DNA of 63,753 bases, filler included, from Reclinomonas americana ATCC 50394 (Eukaryota), in the NCBI GenBank assembly GCA_048213135.1. It is 5 parts of one record of this genome, joined end to end, with 100 filler letters (N's around TTAATTAATTAA, not from the genome) between each part and the next. Parts side by side here need not be neighbours in the genome. Positions count along the whole stretch, not along the records: positions 24,510 to 42,019 come from PS015230.1; 4 more parts are not named here. One strand, 5' to 3'. Position 1 is the first letter of the stretch. The number at the start of each line of letters is the position of its first letter. The notes below the pieces were generated by a model, which was not told the DNA's origin, ran no database searches, and saw only the letters and a list, made by a program, of their open reading frames with translations. The position numbers were made by a program, and so were the translations under genes. Positions 24,510 through 41,850 of this stretch are shown piece by piece.

Positions 24510-24979
24510 TTCCTCCCCACAGACACACCAGCTCCCTTCTGCTGCTGCTGCTCATCATCCATCAAACACGAGTCTCCAGCCAACACCTCTTCATCCTCCG
24601 GCAATCCCGTGCTCAACAGTGTGTCGCCCCCTCCCAGTGCCAGAAAGCGACTCGACTTGGAGCGCGACCTTGCGTGGTGCACGTGAGGATGCTCAGCAGA
24701 GAGACTCATCATCTTGTTGCTGCTCTCTCGGCGACTGTTGATGCGAGGCAGAGGCACTTGCGCATTCTGTTGTTGCTGTGAGCGAAGTGGAGGTGGAGGA
24801 GGTGAGAGTGACTGGACGAGGTGTCGCTGGTAGCGAATGACATGAGGCCAGCGAGAGGGCGCAGGCGAGGAGGACTCAGAGACTAAAGAGAGTAAGAGTG
24901 AGTGACTTGTGCGATCAGTGTCATGAGCGTGCGCGCGTGCGTAACTGAGTGGAGGCAGAGTGAGTGACGCGGAGCTCAT
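24510..24979 (-). CDS. Hypothetical coding fragment (possibly the 5' exons of the 20563-23747 gene)
   Basis: ATG-started low-complexity open frame running into a spacer gap; no recognisable domain. Confidence 0.35.
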
Positions 24980-25509
24980 GCGCGCACACGCGGGGAGTGG
25001 TGGTGGTGTGTGCGTGTGGGCGTGCTTGTGTGTTGTTGCTCAGTGGTGATGGGTGTCGGTGACACCATGCGCCGCCGCATGCCAGGCGGTTTTGTTGATT
25101 GGTGGTGTTGTGTGTGGCCATGATCGGCGAGGTGGTATGAGGAAGAGAGGCGGAGAGGTGCGCTGCATGGTGGTATGCGTGTGTGCGGGAGAGAGAAGGT
25201 GAGAGAGGCTGGAAGAGACCAATCAACGACGGAAAACTGCCTTGATTGATCATGAGGAAAAGGGAATCCAATTTTCTCTGCAACCGTTGAGTGTTCTTCT
25301 TTTACGCGCAACGGCATTCAGTGGTGGGTGTTCCGTTGGCGTGTCGTTCGGTGGCGATTACGCGTAACCGCATGCGCGCGTGTGAGTGAAGGGGTGTTTT
25401 TGTGGCGAGCTGCCTCCAGAGCGAGTTCGGGTTCATCGGTAAGACAACCAATTGGCTTGGCGATTATTGACGAAACCAATACATTTTACTGATCGTGGCG
25501 AGGCCTGTG

Positions 25510-27982
25510 TCACTCCCATCCATCACCCTCCTCCGTCGCCACCCGCAGCAACACCACTCGCGCCTCCTCCAGCACGAAACACCGCAATACCATGGCCGGC
25601 AGCGGCTCACCGTCACTCTCGTCATCCTCCAGTTCTCGCACGGCCGCCAACGCGCTCTCCACTGCCGCGCATTCGGCACGTGCCTCGCTCACCGCCGTGC
25701 ACCACACTCGCACCGTGCCCTCAGCGTCGCCCGTCGCCAGATAGCGCCGACCGGGACTCGCTTGCAGTGCGGTCACCAGCGCCACATGCCCCACGTACCG
25801 GCGCATCACATCGCCGGTGACGACGGACCACTGCTCCACCGCGCTGCTGTCCACGGCACTCAAAAGGCACTCGTGTTCGCCGCAGAAGGTCACCGCCATC
25901 GGCTGCGGCGCCAACGAAGGGTACTTTTTATCCTGAAAGTGCGCCGTGGCCTCGTGCGGTGGCTCCAGCGAAACCTCGCGGACGTGCTTCACTGTGGTCA
26001 TGTAGACACGTTTGCCGTCGCGCGTTGGATACACGCGGAGCGGCATGTCAGTCATGAACGATCCGGGGTCGTAGAACGCCAGAAGCTCGCCGGTCTCCAC
26101 CGACCACACGCGGACGGAGCACTTCCACCTATACCCGCTGGAGATGAGGCGCTGACCATCGGGAGTCAGCGCGACCATTCCGGCTCCTTCCAAGCCGTGA
26201 ACCTCACCACCGGCATCGCCTTGCATGAAGTAGTGCTGCAGCAAGGCGCCCGTGGTCATCGAGCGCAGCTGCACCGGCGCCAGTGCATTGCGGCAGGCGA
26301 CGACAAAGCGCTGACAGTCGGGCAGCACTGCAATTGAGCACACCGGACCATCGAAATCAGTCACATGAAGCAGGCAGTGGCCGTCGGTAAGCGACCACAC
26401 GCGAGCCGATCCGTCCGCGCTGCCGCTGACGACAAACTGGTTGTTGGCGCTGACTTCCACGCACTCGACCCTGCCGGTGTGCCCACTCAACTGACACACT
26501 TCGAGTGCGTCAGCCACGGACCACATCCGCATGGTGTTGCTGCCGTCGCTCACGACAATGACGTAGTGGCCATTGGGCGACCACGCGAACAGCAGAATGC
26601 GCCCTCGATGGCCTCGAAAGACCTGCAGCAAGTTGGCGGTGAGGAGAAGGGCTTGGGAGTGATGGAGGAGTGAGGAAGGTGTGTGCGCTGACCTTTACCG
26701 GACCCGTAACACTGGCGCACGGGCTCTGCGTGGTGAGAAATGATCAGCGACGTGCTCTCGGCAGACACGGCCACAGGGCGAGACGACTGACGAACCGTGG
26801 AAACTCGCACACAGATCACAATACTCCTCTTGCTGCTCTCTGCCACCGTGAGCAAGTCGTCGTCACACAACTCTGTCGACTCATTGTCATAAGTCTCGGT
26901 ATGGATCACGTGCAGCGTGTACTCGTCATGCAGTTGCAAGCCAAGCGCCGACATGTGAGACTCGTGAATCAGTGAACGCAGCGCATCCACCTGCGAAATG
27001 GCGCGAGCTCGAGTTTGTGAGAGAGAGAGGCAGCAATGCCGAAAAGGGCGAAACGACAAAAGTACCGTGCGAGGCAATTCGCCCTCGCGAACGATGGTGG
27101 ATTGAAGCCGTCCAGACCGCACCAGTCGAATCGGATGAAGCGGTGGAGACGACGGAGGGCGGAGAGATTCCTGCGAGAGAGAAGGAGAGAAGATGAAACG
27201 ATGCACATATGCATACACACACCTCACTGGAACAGACAGAACACGGGTCGTCGCAGACCACTCACACATCACCACACGCGCAACACCGACAAATTGGCAT
27301 CACTCTCGCAGTTTACACTATCGTGCCCACGGTGCATCGTCTACATGTACGACTCTATACACTGTACAACAAGCATCGCTGGTGCGCACGCGCTCGCCCT
27401 CCTCTGTGAGAACCCTTTCTCTCTCACACGTGCATACACACCAGCCATTTCTTCATCTCTGACTCCGTGGGCATCGTGATCACTGGCGCCGCCGCGGCCG
27501 CCGCGGTTGGCAATGACGCACACGATTCTTCCTGCATCGAATTCTCCGACTCGATATCTCCACTGGCGCTCGTCACCTTATTCTTCTGCGCCAAGTCCGT
27601 CATCGCCATAGTCAGTTTAGCAGCAACGCATACACAAACACACGCATACACACAAAAAGGTGAGCGAGGGCCATAAATAACTGTTAACATCGCAAGCACT
27701 GTATCGGCCGCGGCGGACAATATAGTGACTTCCGCCAGTGTCTCATGGTCTTGAAGCTTGCGACCGTTTGCCAAGAGAGTACAAGCACAGTTGCGCGGAA
27801 CATTCTCGTTTGCGAGCACGAGGGCGCGAAGCTCACCAACCTGGCAGGAGAGAGTGATCATGAGAGAGCATATTTCGCACGATCCGGAAAAATACAACCA
27901 AGAAGAGTGTGCTACACACCGTTCTGTGCGCCTCAATGTCGATGGTGAATGTGACTCCCTTTAGCGTCTTGATGATGACCAT
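25510..27982 (-). CDS. N-terminal ubiquitin-like domain + WD40 propeller protein, copy 1
   Basis: MVIIKTLKGVTFTIDIE...VGELRALV...LLANGRKLQDHETL (RAD23/ubiquitin-like), spliced to a WD40 exon with GHTGRV...VSGSADGSARVW and GHVALV...ATGDAEGTVRVW. Confidence 0.8.
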
Positions 27983-28285
27983 GCTTGCCTTTCTCTCCTC
28001 AGTCTCACTCTCTCAACGAATACGAAAATAAGTCACAAAGACTGTCTCGTCGCAGACACTGTCCTGTCGTCTTTTCGCTGTATACACTCTTGCATACTTT
28101 CTCCTCGACGTCGCTTCATCCTCTATTCACCTGCCAACCTCTCTACATCTGCTACATATATCAGGCCTTGTAAACGTGCACTCTCGCACATGTACAATCA
28201 CACTCCTCCGTCACGTAACCAAAACAGGATGGAAACAATCGACAACAGTCAGAGGAAAGACTTTGCATTCGGGCTGCATACCATC

Positions 28286-31188
28286 TCACTCCCACCCCTC
28301 ACCCTCCTCCGTCACCACCCGAAGCAACACCACTCGCGCCTCCTCCAACACGAAGCACCGCAATACCATGGCCGGCAGTGGCTCACCTTCGCAATCGGCA
28401 CTCTCGTCTTCTTGCACGGCCGCCAGCGCGCTCTCCACTGCCGCGCATTCGGCACGTGCCTCGATCACCGCCGTGCACCACACTCGCACCGTGCCCTCGG
28501 CATCGCCTGTCGCCAGATAGCGCCGACCGGGACTTGCTTGCAGTGCGGTCACCAGCGCCACATGCCCCACGTACCGGCGAATCACATCGCCAGTGGCGAC
28601 GGACCACTGCTCCACCGCGCTGCTGTTCACGGCACTCACAAGGCACTCCTGTCCGCCACTGCAAGTCACCACCATTGGCGGCAATGGGGAGCAATCTGAA
28701 GCCTCAAAGTGCACCGTGACCTTGTGCGGTGGCTCCAGCGAAACCTCACGGATGTGCTCCTCCGTGATCACGTAGACACGTTTGCCGTCCGGCGTCGGAT
28801 ACACGCGGAGCGGAATGTCAAGCATACGCGGTCCGGGGTCGTAGAGCGTCAGAAGCTCGCCGGTCTCCACCGACCACACGCGAACAGACGACGTCCACGT
28901 ATATCCACCGGAGATGAGGCGCTTACCATCGGGAGACAGCGCGACCATTCCGGCTCCGTGTAGGCCGACGGCTTCGCCAGCGGCATCGCCTCTCATGTAG
29001 TAGCGCTGCAGCAGAGCGCCTGTGGTCATCGAGCGCAGCTGCACCGGCGCCGGGGCGTTGTGGCAGGCGACGACAAAGCGCTGACTGTCGGGCAGCACCG
29101 TAACCGAGTGCACTGCGCCGCCAATGTCTGTCACATGCACCAGGCAGTGGCCGTCGGTGAGCGACCACACGCGAGCCGATCCGTCCGCGCTGCCGCTGAC
29201 GACAAACTGGTTGTTGGCGCTGATTTCCACGCACTCGACAGTGCTGGTGTGCCCACTCAACTGACACACTTCGAGTGCGTCAGCCACAGACCACATCCGC
29301 ATGGTGTTGCTACCGTCGCTCACGACAACAACGTAGTGTCCATTGGGCGACCACGCAATTAGCAGCACTCGCCCCAGATGGCCCCGAAGGACCTACAGCA
29401 AGTTGGCGGTGAGGAGAGAGTGACGGAGGAGTGACGGAGGAGTGAGGGAGGTGCACTGACCTTCACCGGACCCGTAACGCTGGTGCACGAGCTCTGCACG
29501 ATGGGAAATGATCAGCAACTTGCCAATCGGTAGACACGGCCACGGGGCGAGACGACTGACGAACCGTGGAGACTCGCACACAGATCGCCATAATGTTCGA
29601 TCTCGAATAGGTGTCTTTCGCCATCTCGAGCAAGTCGGCGTCACACAGCTGCGTCGTCTGCTTTTCATACTGCCTCATCACGTGCAGCGTGTACTCGTCG
29701 TGCGGTCGCAAGCCAAGCGCCGACATGTGAGACTCGTGAATCAGTGAGCGCAGCGCATCCACCTGCGAAATGGCGCGAGAGTGTGGGAGGTAGTGGTGGA
29801 GAAAAGGGCGCAATGATGAGAACACACCGTGCGAGGCACTTCGCCCTCAATGGTGGAATGCAGCCGCCCAGATCGCACCAGTCGCATTGGAGATCGAGGA
29901 GGAGGTGGTGGGGATGATATGCGGATTAAAGTCTGCGAGAGGGGAAGAGAGGAGTGAGGAAAGGATGCGATCGAAAAAACTGCAGACCACACAGAATGAC
30001 ATGGTGGAAGAGGAGCACACTTGGAGAGAGTGTGAGGCAGCAGAGAGGGATAGACAAGGAGAACGTTAACAGGAACACCCATTTGCTCGAGAGACCAAGA
30101 CAACGTGTCAGAAATCACGACGATCAGAAAGGAGATCTGAAACAATCATCAACGGAGCCAGCACGTGGTATCGCAGCGCCAGTGCTACGAAGACGAACAT
30201 AGGGAATGAGATCAGCACATCATACAACAGACGCAAACATTCACAACTACGTATCAGCAACAGAACCAGAACGGAGGACAAGAATGCCAACACCAGTCTC
30301 TTGGCAACGCAAGAGATGGCAAAGGAGGTCCGCGCACCAACAGACGCAAACACGTAAATGTACCAGCACGATGAGCAAGAGATGCAACACCAGTCACTTG
30401 GTATAGAACAGAAACATGCGGAGACCATGATCAGGAAGAGAACGGCACTCCACATTGACAAACATGCGCATGCGCTGTTATCAGTAACAGAACGGAGGAC
30501 AAGAACGCCAACACCAATCTCTTGGCATTGCAAGGCAACAAGTCGTGATGGCGAAGGAGATCGACACACGACAACAGACGCAAACATGGACAACTAATAG
30601 CAACAGAACCAGAGAGGTGACGGGAATGCAACACCAGTCTCTTGGCAAATGTAGGCAACATGCCGCGATGGCGAAGGAGGCCAACACACCACAACTGGCA
30701 CAGCGACCAGTGGCAGAACGCCCAGAGCCCAGCTCTGCACAGACAACCTCTGCCACTGTGCATGCGTCTCACCCTCTTCATCGCAGGTTTCATGGGCACC
30801 GCCGCCGCCGCCGCCGATCCCTCCCCGCTCTTCTCCTTCTTCGTCTGGCACCACCCAGTCAGTCACACAATATCGCGACAAAGGCATTCTTGCTCACTGT
30901 GTGTACCTTGAACATGACAATCACCACGCTCTCGGCGGACACCGCCAGCTCATCAAGTGTCTCATGATCGTGAATCACAGAACCGCCAGTCAACAGAATG
31001 CAGTCGCACTCGCCGCGTGGAGCATGCTCATTGGCGAGCACGAGAGCGCGAAGTTCGGCAACCTGTCACAGTGAGAGTGAGAGCGGAGAAATGCGGAGAA
31101 GAGTGTGTGTGTGTGTGCGACGTACTGTTCTGTGTGTCTCAATGTCAACAGTGAACGTGACTCCTTTCAGTGTCTTGATGATCACCAT
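28286..31188 (-). CDS. N-terminal ubiquitin-like domain + WD40 propeller protein, copy 2 (tandem duplicate)
   Basis: MVIIKTLKGVTFTVDIE start; WD40 exon highly similar to copy 1; near-identical C-terminus (...VVLLRVxTEEGxGWE). Confidence 0.8.
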
Positions 31189-31576
31189 GCTGCTCTCTCG
31201 CACAACACAAAGTGAGTTTTGTCCTGTGATCGTCGACGTCATTCTTCCACTGTGCTCACTTGCCTTTCTTCTCGTTTTCTCCTCGCCTGTAGTGCCTGTC
31301 TCACTCCCCATTGCACTCTGCACCTACCTCCCTCTTTCCCGAGCTCACAAGAGCCTGTCCTGCGTCGACGTCGACATTGCTTCTGTTTTCGCCCACTGCG
31401 CCCGCCTTCTTTTCCTCTTGGTTATAGTGCCTACCTTTCTCTCTCCATCCACCGCTCTCTTCACCAGCCTCACTCCTCCCACACGAGTTTTGTCCTGCAG
31501 AATACTGATCGGAGTCTGTCGGACCTCGCACTTTTTCTCTCTCTCACGCACTCACTTGCACACTTCTCTCTGTAAG

Positions 31577-35161
<3,585 letters not shown>

Positions 35162-35302
35162 AGAGTGGAGTTGTAAGAGGCATGGGCTGGAGATTGTCGA
35201 ATTCAAAGACCTCATTTAACTATAAATGCTATTATCATTGCGTAATGCACACCGATCACCAATTGCCACACAGTTTCATTCCCCTCCTTGCCAGACGAGC
35301 GC

Positions 35303-38300
35303 TCAATCATCAAAAATGGACTTCTTCGCCTTCTTCTTCTTCTCGCCACCACCGGCAGCCGCAGAGGCTGCCGCTGCCTTTTTACCGGCCTTGCCGGGCT
35401 TGGCCTTTTCGGTGAAAGGATCGCGGAAGATATCACTGCCCGTGTCCACCTCGTCGGGATCCACGAATGCCGAAATGGCTGCAAAAAAAAAAGACAAGCA
35501 AATTAGTGCCAGCACACACCATCATTGTGTGCGATCTCAGGCTCCTCCTCACCTGGCATCGCCGGCATGTCAAGCGACGGCAACACCGGCGACTTGAGCA
35601 CCGAGGCAATCAGTGAGTCCTCGTCCTCGGGCTCGGTCGGGAACAGCGGCTGCTGCTGCGCTTGCATCAAAAGCGCAGTCAGCGGATCGTCGCTGCGCAC
35701 CGCCTGTGGTGGCGGTGGTGGCGGTGGCTGATGCACAATCGGGGCTGGCGCGGGAGCAGGGACGGCAGGGAAGAGTGACGGCACAGTGGTCACCGGCGGC
35801 GGAGCACTGCGCTGCACGTCGCTAAACAGCGATGGTGTAGGCTGTGCGTCATACAGGTGAGTCAAGGAAGGTGAAGAACTCTTGCCTGCACGAAACAAAA
35901 AGCCGCCGGAGTACGCAACAGCACTCACTGGCGGCAACGACGGTGATGGAGCAGCAACTGGCGCTGGTGCAGGCGCTGGAGCAGGCGCTGGAGCAGGCGC
36001 GGGAGCGGGGGCAGGAGCTGGTGCTGCCACTGGTGCCGGAGCCTCCACAACAGGAACAGGGGCTGGGGCTGGGGCTGGTGCTGCGGCAGGAGCAGGAGCA
36101 GGAGCAGACGGCATCATACCCGGCAGAGCCATGGCGCCAGGTGGCGGACCCTTGGCCTTTGGCTTCGGTGCAAAGTCGTCTTCGCCGTCGTCGCCGAACA
36201 GGGCGCTCACCTTGCCGGCACCACCACTCGCGCCTCCACTCTTGCGGCGGGATGCAGAGCTGAACAAGTCGTCGTCCTCATCGTCGGCAAACAACCCAGA
36301 AGACTTGGCACTCTTCGGCGCCGCTGCCGCTGCTGCTGCTGGTGCTGCGGCGGCGGCGGCAGGCGCTGCGGCGCTGTCACCAAACAAGGACGATGACGTC
36401 TTGGGGGCAGGCGGTTGAGGCTGAGCGGCAGCACGGGCAGGGACCGGCGGCGGTGGGGCGTCGTCAAACAGCGATGCGCCGCGCGTGACCGCAGGGGCAG
36501 GTGGTGCTGCGGCGGCGGCGGAAGCAGCAGTAGGAAGAGGTGCTGCGCGGCGCGGAGGCGAAACCACGGCACCGCGCAGTGGAGAGACGGCAGTCGGCGG
36601 CGATCCAAACTGCACGAGAATGGTGAGAATCACCAAATGCAATGACTGAGTTTCACAGAGTGATGTGACGCACCACTGGAGCAGGCGAGTCTCCAAACAG
36701 CGAATCACTGCGACGGAGGGTGGTGATGTTGGCGCCATGGAGGAGGAGGAGAGATGTGAAGAGACAGAAAAATCGAGCGTACCCTGCACCAGGCACCGGC
36801 AACTCGGCAGTCAGCTTGGTCGGCATGCGTTTGCGTCCGGCAGAGCGTGCGCGACCAAGAGTCGGATGTGCGGCAACCGCAGCCGCCTGGTCCTCCTCAT
36901 CGCCACCCGCAGCAGCCGAGGCAGACGGCACCGCAGGCGACGGAACGCGCCTCGGGCTGAGAGCACGATTCGCCAGTGGAGACTCGCCGGTCCGCACTGG
37001 CGCTGGCACGTCGTCGTCGTCGGCGCCAGCAGTGCGTTTCGGCATGTTGCGCTGCAACTCGGCGAGCAGTCCAGAGCCGTGACCCATGGCGCCAGCAGCA
37101 GGCTGCACGCGTACAATGGGGTCAATTTCTTCGTGTTGTCTGATTATGGAGGGAGGGCACACTGCGCGACTACGAAACTCTCTTGGGAGCTGCAGGCTGG
37201 TCGTCGCCAAACAGACTGCTGGAGCCGGAAAGTGCGGCGGCGGCAGTGGAAGTGGCAACCTTTCAGATGCAACGATAGTGAGCGGCGGCGGCAAATAAGA
37301 ATGGGAAGAAAGGCAACGCACCGCGGTCGGTACATCGTCGGCAAACAGAACGGACGCAGGCTTTGGCGTCTCCTGCTCAAGAGTGGTGAGTGAGGGAGCA
37401 AAAGGAGATTGGTCTCTGCACAGGAATCGATACACCTTCTTGGTCTCCGACTTAGGTGCCGTGAACAGATCCTCGTCATCGTCATCGCCAAACAGTGCCG
37501 ATGCCTGCAATACACAACTCAGTCAGTATGATGGCAGTCGCTCAACATGTTCCGCCACCACCACCACCACCACTCACCCTCTTGCTGCCCGATCGAGTGG
37601 GACGAGTGGCCGGCGCGGCCGCTGCTGCGTCATCGCTAAAGAGTGAGGCGGCTCGCGGTGGTGGCACAGCCGGAGGCGCGGCAGCCGAGCCTGGCGTCAC
37701 TGCTGGAGCAGCAGGTGCAGCGGCACCCAGCGGCGGGAGTGACGGCAAGCCGGCAGCTGCGGGGGCGGCGCCGAACGCACCACCGTCGTCGTCTGCGAAC
37801 AGCGAGGACGCCTGCGTGGCACGTAGTCAGGAAACGAATTGACTCGCTCGTAATTGTGACCAGCACACACGCAACTCGCTTGCTGTCGGCCTTGGGTCTG
37901 GTCGACGCGGCGGTGGCGCTGGAACCAAGCCAGTCTTCGCCGCCGTCGTCGGCAAACAGAGACGACGCCCTGTGTGGGACAAGGTAAGTACACAACGAGA
38001 AGTGGCAGAGAACAAAACAAGGCACGATGCAACTTGCTCTTGTCGGCCCGACGAGAAGCCGGTGCGCCAGCAGCTGCCGAGGCCGCTGGACCTCCAGCAG
38101 TGGCGGCGGTCGGCGGAGCCGCAAACGGATCTGGATCGTCGGCAAACAGACTCGATCTCTGGGAGCAGGACGGAGAATGAGGACAGCGAGCAAGACGGGG
38201 GGGTCTTCAGCAGCCAGCACTGACCGGTGCAGCCTTGCGCGAAGCGCCCGTGGAACTGGCGACCGAGAAGAGGCCGTCGTCGCCGTCGGCGGCGAACAGA

Positions 38301-41300
38301 GTGGAGGTGCGCGAGGCGGAGCTGGCGGCGGGGATGGTGGAGGCCGAGAGCGGGGAGATGGACTGTATGAGGGGGAGGGAAAGGGAAGTGAGAAGGGGGC
38401 AGGGAAAGGGAAGGGGGGAAGCAAGGGGAAAGGGGAAGAGGGGACAGGGGGCAAAGAGAGACAGAGAAAAGATAGATAGATGGGGAGAGAGAGAGAGAGA
38501 GAGTAAGAGAGAGAGAGAGAAGAACGAAGGACGAGACGAAGGTANNNNNNNNNNNNNNNNNNNNGCAAGGGGGGAAAGCAAGGGGGGGAAAGCAAGGGGG
38601 AGAGGACACGAGGAGAGTTGAGGCATACAAAAGTGTGAAATCGTACAAAGCCCTTGTCGACAAACACTCATGCAGACACGCTTACGCACCGAAGCTGGAG
38701 CAGGCGGCTCGCCAAACAATCCACCTGACGCAGGCGGGAGAGGCTGTGTGTTGTCGAGGCACAACAGTGAGAGATGGCGCACATAATCAACAAGTAAGGC
38801 ACTGCATGATCTCACCGGCAAGCCCGGCAACTGTGACGTCGGCGGTGGCGCGCCAAACAGGGGCTGCAAAGAAGAAAAAACAAAGCACACAGATGAGCAC
38901 ACTCCGGGAGGTAGATTTCGATGCACATACGGACGCAACAGAGGTCTCCGGCATCGAGGGCAGTGTGACGGGTGCAGGGGCGGGTGGCATTCCTGGGTGT
39001 TGTGGCGCCAAATCGTTGGCATTCGGCTGATTCAGCGCTGCGCGCATCATGGCCGCCATGGCTGCCATTGGGTTGTTTGCGCCAGCTGTACCAAGCAACC
39101 ACTTCGTGAGCAAGGCTGAGGGAAAGATGACTTCACAATTCGAAAATACAACCAACCGGTGGCAGCCGGTGGGTGGAAGCCGTGATGCGAGCCGTCGAAT
39201 GACTGCGTCACTGGCGGTGGTGCGGCACCAGACGGCGCACCAAACAGGCCACCCTCGTCGCCAAAGAGACCGGCGCCACCGCCCGACTCGGCGCCAAACA
39301 GACCGGCGGCTTCGGCAGGCTGCGTCGATCCCATCGGAGGGAGCGGCGGCAGCGAGCGTCCATCGCCAGTCGGGAGTGGCGGGAGCGGTGGGAGAGGGCG
39401 TGAGCCACTCTCGGGACCAAAGAGACCACCCGACTCCTCCGCCGGCTGTGTCACGGAGGAAATATACAGTGAGTGGGATGGAGGAAGTGGAGCGAAGCAG
39501 TCAGCAAACCATGGCAGCTCCGAAAAGGCCGGAGGCGCCTTCGGTGAAGAGAGGATTGGCGGGTGGTGGTGGGGGCATGCCTGTGGGAGGGGAAAGGAGG
39601 TGAGCGAGAGGATAGGTGAGGGAAGACAAAGAAGGACGGGAAGACAAGAGAGAGAGAGAGAGAGAGAGAGGGAGGGGAGGGGGGGAGGGGGAGGGGAAGG
39701 GAAGAAGGAAGACGACGAGAGAGAGAGAGAGAGAGAGCAATGTCTGACGAAAGAAAGACAGTGATGAAAGGTGAGGGCGCATATGAGACTGAGAGACGCG
39801 GCGCAGTACAATGCGGAACACCAGAGGAGAGAGAGAGAGAGGTGTAACGAAAGGAGGAGAGTGACGAAAGGGAGGGCAGAAGAGACGCCAGCATAATGTG
39901 GAACATCGGAGTGAGAGAGGGAGAGTGACAACAGAAGCCTATCAGCGATAGCAGGCATGCGAGAGCAGACAGAGGGTGGGGAAAGACAGAACAAAGACGA
40001 CATCCTTCGAAACAGGAAACAACATCCAAGACAACCACTCCTCACCCATTGGCGGCAGCGGCGGCAAACCAGGTGGTTGTCCAGGCTGCACACCGCGCAC
40101 ACAATTGTCAGCAACCAAGCTAATCCCCCAACTAATCAACAAGCAAAAACTCGCCATTTGCGCGCCCATCATGAACGGTGCTGGTGGCGGAGGTGGTGGT
40201 GGCGGCGCTGGCGGCGCAACCGGAATCACAGAGCCGTCTGCAGAGTACATGTACATGGGGGCCGAGGGCGCAAAGCCGTCGACGCCAATGACGCCGCCAG
40301 TGGTGTCGTCGACGACGCCATTCGGGATACCACCGGCCATGGCACCGTCCATGCCCGCGGCTCCGGCAGCGGCGCCGTCGGCGTTGCTCGAGTACGATGC
40401 TGAGTAGAAATGAAAGGGTGAGATGACAACGGGGTGGTCACGCAAGAAATGACAACACTGCACGCACCGCTGAGTCCCGGATCGAGTCCCACATACGGAT
40501 CCTCGTAGAACTCGGCCGTGCCAATAATCAGCGGCAATCGAGTGCCATACGGATTGACAAAGACGGGGGCTGGCGGTGGTCGGGCCGCATCGGCCGCTGC
40601 CTGCGCCGCAGCCGCGCCCTCCTCACCGGCGAACACATCAATGGCCACCGGCACGTCCTCCTCTGGTGGTGCCTCCTCGCGGGGCATGAGAGATGACAGC
40701 GCGCCGAGGGCGTCGATGCCGAAGCGGATGCTGATGATGGGGAAGGGGGGATAAGGAGAAGGAAGGGAGAGGGGAAGGGAGGGAGAAGGGGAAGGAAGTG
40801 AGAAGGGGAAGGGAGGGGGATGAGGCGGCTGAGGAGAAGGGAGGAAGAAGGGGAAGGGAGGGGGATGAGGGACGCGAGGACAGATGAGGGAAGCGAAGGG
40901 GGAAGGGGGGCGAAAGAATGCACGGATTGATTCGACAGCAGAAGCGGCAGTGTGAGAAAATAGACAAGGAAACGAGAGAATGAGGTGAACAGGATGCCGC
41001 ATTGTGAGTGCGGAAGAGTGAGAACGTGCGATGCAACCATGAACAGATCACTGTCAACATTGACAAGGCATCATGCGCTTCTTCGGTGCACGAAGACATG
41101 CCACGCCGAGAGCAGGTCCAGACGCCAAAGCAGACAACTCTTCTATCTCTTCCTCGTACACACACTCTTCCTTTCTTTCTTTCTCTCTCACTCTCTCACA
41201 TTCACACACACACACACATCGGAAAAACAGTCTGTTAACAGTGCACAGAGAAATGTCACGCTAAACTAAGGTCCAGACGCCAGGATCACAGCTCTCTTAG

Positions 41301-41383
41301 ACATACATATGCACCCACTCTGGGAGAGACAATCAGAGTGCGAAAACAACGCGTATGCAGTCCTCACAGACATTCCGCGAACT

Positions 41384-41424
<41 letters not shown>

Positions 41425-41850
41425 ATGCTAACAGCACATAGAAATGTCACGCCAAACTCAAGTCCAGACGCCAGGATCCCAGCTCTCTCAGACATACAAA
41501 TGCATCCACTCTGGGAGACACGCGAAAACAACTCGAATGCAGTCCTCACAGACAGCATACTGCGGTCTTCTCTCGGTCACTCTCTCTCAGTGTATGTGGG
41601 CGCATGTGCGTGTGTAACAGTGCGTGAGAGAGAGAGAGAGACACTATCATCGGTGAAACAACCTTTGACACCAGATCCTGCACATCGCTCACCTGTCACT
41701 GAATCGCTGCTGCACCAGTGCCTCCCGTTCCCGCACATCCACCGCAGCCTCCGTCGACGCAGCAGTGCCCGCACCCGCACCTGCATCACCTCCATTCGCC
41801 GCAGTGCTCCCCGAGGCAGACGCTCCCTCCGCAGCACCACCCTCACCATC
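35303..41850 (-). CDS. WASHC2: WASH complex subunit FAM21/WASHC2-like (5' end lost at spacer)
   Basis: N-terminal RLPLIIGTAEFYEDPYVGL, many LF-acidic repeats (SLFGDD, LFADD), capping-protein-interaction-like HPTLGRARSAGRKRMPT, terminal SIFDD. Confidence 0.88.

Noticed and set aside
35833-35928. Additional GTTGCGT donor candidate in FAM21
   Set aside because: An in-phase GTGAGT lies 9 nt upstream and the intron is open in frame, so the donor is ambiguous; not counted.
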